Below, one piece after another: positions 61,373 through 64,000 of a DNA stretch of 64,000 bases. Each line of letters opens with the position of its first letter. The first letter of the stretch is position 1. Position numbers and translations under genes: made by a program. The notes under the pieces were generated by a model that was not told where the DNA came from, did no database searches, and was given only the letters and a program-made list of their open reading frames with translations. This DNA comes from Mustelus asterias (taxonomy: Eukaryota): positions 31,930,001 to 31,994,000 of the forward strand of contig NC_135825.1 in assembly GCF_964213995.1 (NCBI RefSeq). The letters are read 5' to 3'.

Positions 61373-62181
61373 CCAGGAGATTCCAGGCCTCGGGAACACT
61401 GTTGCCAGTTTAGGCTTGGAGATTGCAAGCCTCCCGGGCAGTAGATATATGCAAATTGTCTAACATCTGCTTCAGACACGGGGAAAGCAGGCCTCTCAAT
61501 TTCCCTCATCAAGAGGGCATCCGGCACATTTCCGTTGGTATAGTCTGGTGGTGCGGAATGGAGTCAAATTTCTCCTCCATAGAATTTAAAGGTTGAGATA
61601 TAATCATAGATCCTGGAAAAGTCCCATCAGATTGGAAAATAGAGAATGTGAAGGAGGGAGACAGAAAGCAAAAAACCTCAGGCCAGTTAACCTGACATCT
61701 GTCATAGGGAAAGGTTAGTATCTATTATTAAGGAGGTTATGGTGGGGCACTTAGAATATTCACTGCAACAGACAGAGTCATCATGGTGTTGTGAAAGGGA
61801 AATCATGTTTGACTAATTTATGAATATTCTTTGAGGAAGTAACAAGCACGATAGATAAAGGAGCAATCTGAAGATGTGGTGTACTTAGATTCCCAAAAGG
61901 GGTTTGATAAGGCACCACATCTAAGGTTAATACACAAAATAAGAGCTTATGTGTAGGAGGTAACATTTAGAATGGATAAAGGATTAGTTAGCTAACAGGA
62001 ATTAGAGAGTTGGAATAAAGAAGTCACTTTTGGGCTGGCAATCGATAACTAGTGGATTGCCATAAGGATCAATGCTGTGGCCTCAATTATTTACAATTTA
62101 TATCAATGATAACATTTGCTGATGGCACAAAGTAGGTAAGTAAATTGTGAAGTGGATTTAAGGAATCTGCAAAGGGATATC

Positions 62182-62565
62182 CCTGAATTTTGGCCCTTTG
62201 ATTGCATTAGAATTTTTTTTATTCATTCAAGAGATATGAGTGACGCTGGCGAGGCCAGCCAGCACTTATCACTCATCCCTTTGAACTGGGTGGCTTGCAA
62301 GGCCATTTCAGAAAGCCTGTAAGAATTGTCACTGGATTAGTAATCCAGAAACTCAGGCTATTGTTCTAGGGATCTGTGTTCGAATCCAACCACAGCAGAT
62401 GGTGAAATTTGAATTCAATAAAAATTCTGAATGAAAATTCTTATAATGAAATCATTACTGGTTGTTGTAAAATCTCAACTGGTTCACAAATGTCCTTTAG
62501 GAAAGGAACTCTGCTGCACTTACCCAGTCTAGCCCACATGATTCTAGACTCACGGCAATATGCTC
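62182..62565. repeat. Partly inverted local copy of 60717-61110
   Basis: The 28-bp flank is identical; 62210-62325 is direct and 62326-62565 is inverted relative to the source. Confidence 0.8.
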
Positions 62566-63087
62566 AAATGAATGGGCAAAACTTGGCAAATGGAGTATAT
62601 TGTGGGAAAAAGTGAACTTGTCCACTTTGGTAGGAAGAATAAAAAGACAGCATATTATTTAAATAGTGAGAGATTGCAGAATTCTGCAGTATGGAGGGAT
62701 CAGGGTGCTCTGGTACATGAAGTATGAATAGGCAGTATGCATGCAAATGATTAGGAATGCAAATAGAATGTTGTTGTTTATTGGAAGGGAAATGGAAGAT
62801 AAAAGCCGGGAAGTTTTGCTTCAGTCGTACCGCATGTTGGTGAGACCACACCATAGAGGGCTGTCGGTCAGTCGTCTCTGCGCTGGCTCCCTGAAGGGGC
62901 AGTTTACCAATTGCCACCTCCCTGCCTTTGCTCCGTAGCCATGCAAAGTTTTTCCCCACTTGGGCATGGAACAGGGCAGGAGGTCACCCTACCCCCACTC
63001 CCCTGGTTACACGTTACATACATGACTCACTTGGCTCATTGTGTACAGTTTTGGTCTCTTTACTTAGCAAAGCATATACCTACAGTA

Positions 63088-63630
63088 GATTTGATTTGAT
63101 TTATTGTCACATGTATTAGTATACAGTGAAAAGTATTATTTCTTGCGTGCTATACAGACAAAGCATACCGTTCATAGAGAAGGAAACGAGAGAGTGCAGA
63201 ATGTAGAGTTACAGTCTTAGCTAGGGTGTAGAGAAAGATCAACTTAATGTGAGGTAGGCCCATTCAAAAGTCTGATGGCAGCAGGGAAGAAGCTGTTCGT
63301 GAGTTGGTTGGTATGTGACCTCAGACTTTTGTATCTTTTTCCCGACAGAAGAAGGTGGAAAAGAGAATGTCTTAATTATGCTGGCTGCTTTGCCGAGGCA
63401 GGGGAAGTGTAGACAGAGTCAATGGATGGGAGGCTGGTTTGCGTGATGGATTGGGCTACATTCACGACCTTTTGTAGTTTCTCGCGGTCTTGGGCAGAGC
63501 AGGATCCATACCAAGCTGTGATACAATCAGAAAGAATGCTTTCTATGGTGCATCTGAAAAAGTTGGTGAGAGTCGTAGCTGACATGCCAAATTTCCTTAG
63601 TCTTCTGAGAGAGTAAAGGCGTTGGTGGAA
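63088..63630 (-). mobile_element. Rex1/Babar LINE 3' end
   Basis: QRLYSLRRLRKFGMS..LTNFFRCTIESILS.CITAWYG motif; (tttga)n tail. Confidence 0.9.
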
Positions 63631-64000
63631 GCAGTTCATGGGATGGGGTGTTATCTTATGAGGAAAGGTAGGACAAGCTGGGCCAGTACCTATTGGGGGT
63701 TCAGAAGAGCAGGAGGTGATCTTATTCAAACATATAAGATCCTGAGGGGACTTGACAGGGTGAATGTCGAGATGTTGTTTCCCCTTTGGGAGAGACTAGA
63801 ACTAGGGGGATACAGGTTAAAAATAAGGTGTCTCCCATTTAAGACGGGGATGAAAAAAAGCTTCTTTTTCTCAGAGGATTGTTAGTCTGTGGAATTCTCG
63901 ATCCAAGAAAGCAATGGAGGTAGGGTCATTAATATTTTTACAGCTAAGTAAAATAGATTGTTAATTGACGAGGGAGTCAAAGGGCATAGAGGGTTGGTAG

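Larger units (their letters stand above)
61575..64000 (+). mobile_element. Degenerate CR1 ORF2 with nested insertions, running off the window end
   Basis: RPVNLTSVIGK, HGVVKGKSCLTNL, IRNANRML and RRAGGDLIQTYKILRG motifs. Confidence 0.85.

Noticed and set aside
1-64000. The many 60-155 aa ORFs as novel genes
   Set aside because: Most map to SINEs, MITEs and LINE fragments (recurring CGRKPEHPEETH and WLALL peptides come from V-SINEs) or lack splice and homology support.
45485-64000. ITPR3 exon 3 (expected DCLFKVCPMNRYSAQKQ...)
   Set aside because: No matching sequence found by eye or in the ORF track. It probably lies downstream of the window, though a miss cannot be excluded.

Overview
Eukaryotic, repeat-dense vertebrate DNA. 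The repeat content (HE1-type V-SINEs, CR1/HER1-type LINEs, Deu-domain SINEs) points to a shark. The only host gene I can support is the 5' end of the inositol 1,4,5-trisphosphate receptor type 3 gene (ITPR3, + strand): coding exon 1 at 25672-25760, a 19.65-kb intron, and coding exon 2 at 45414-45484. Exon 3 was not found and probably lies beyond the window. Everything else is intergenic or intronic: CR1, L2, Rex1 and RTE LINE fossils, at least four SINE families, PIF/Harbinger-type MITEs, a Gypsy pol remnant, several solo LTRs and Penelope-like element (PLE) terminal repeats. Nearly all listed six-frame ORFs are repeat fragments or chance ORFs. Highlights: (1) four minimal hammerhead ribozyme motifs in PLE repeats, with compensatory changes in stem I; two sit on opposite strands of a ~205-bp-arm palindrome and one is sense-oriented in ITPR3 intron 2. 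(2) A 1255-bp solo LTR with a 4-bp TSD and an apparently long R region containing a splice donor. (3) A V-SINE subfamily with a Rex1-like 3' tail. (4) A palindromic double octamer and overlapping uORFs upstream of the ITPR3 start codon. (5) A local SINE duplication resembling 3' transduction plus 5' inversion. Repeat boundaries were read by eye and are approximate unless a TSD is quoted.
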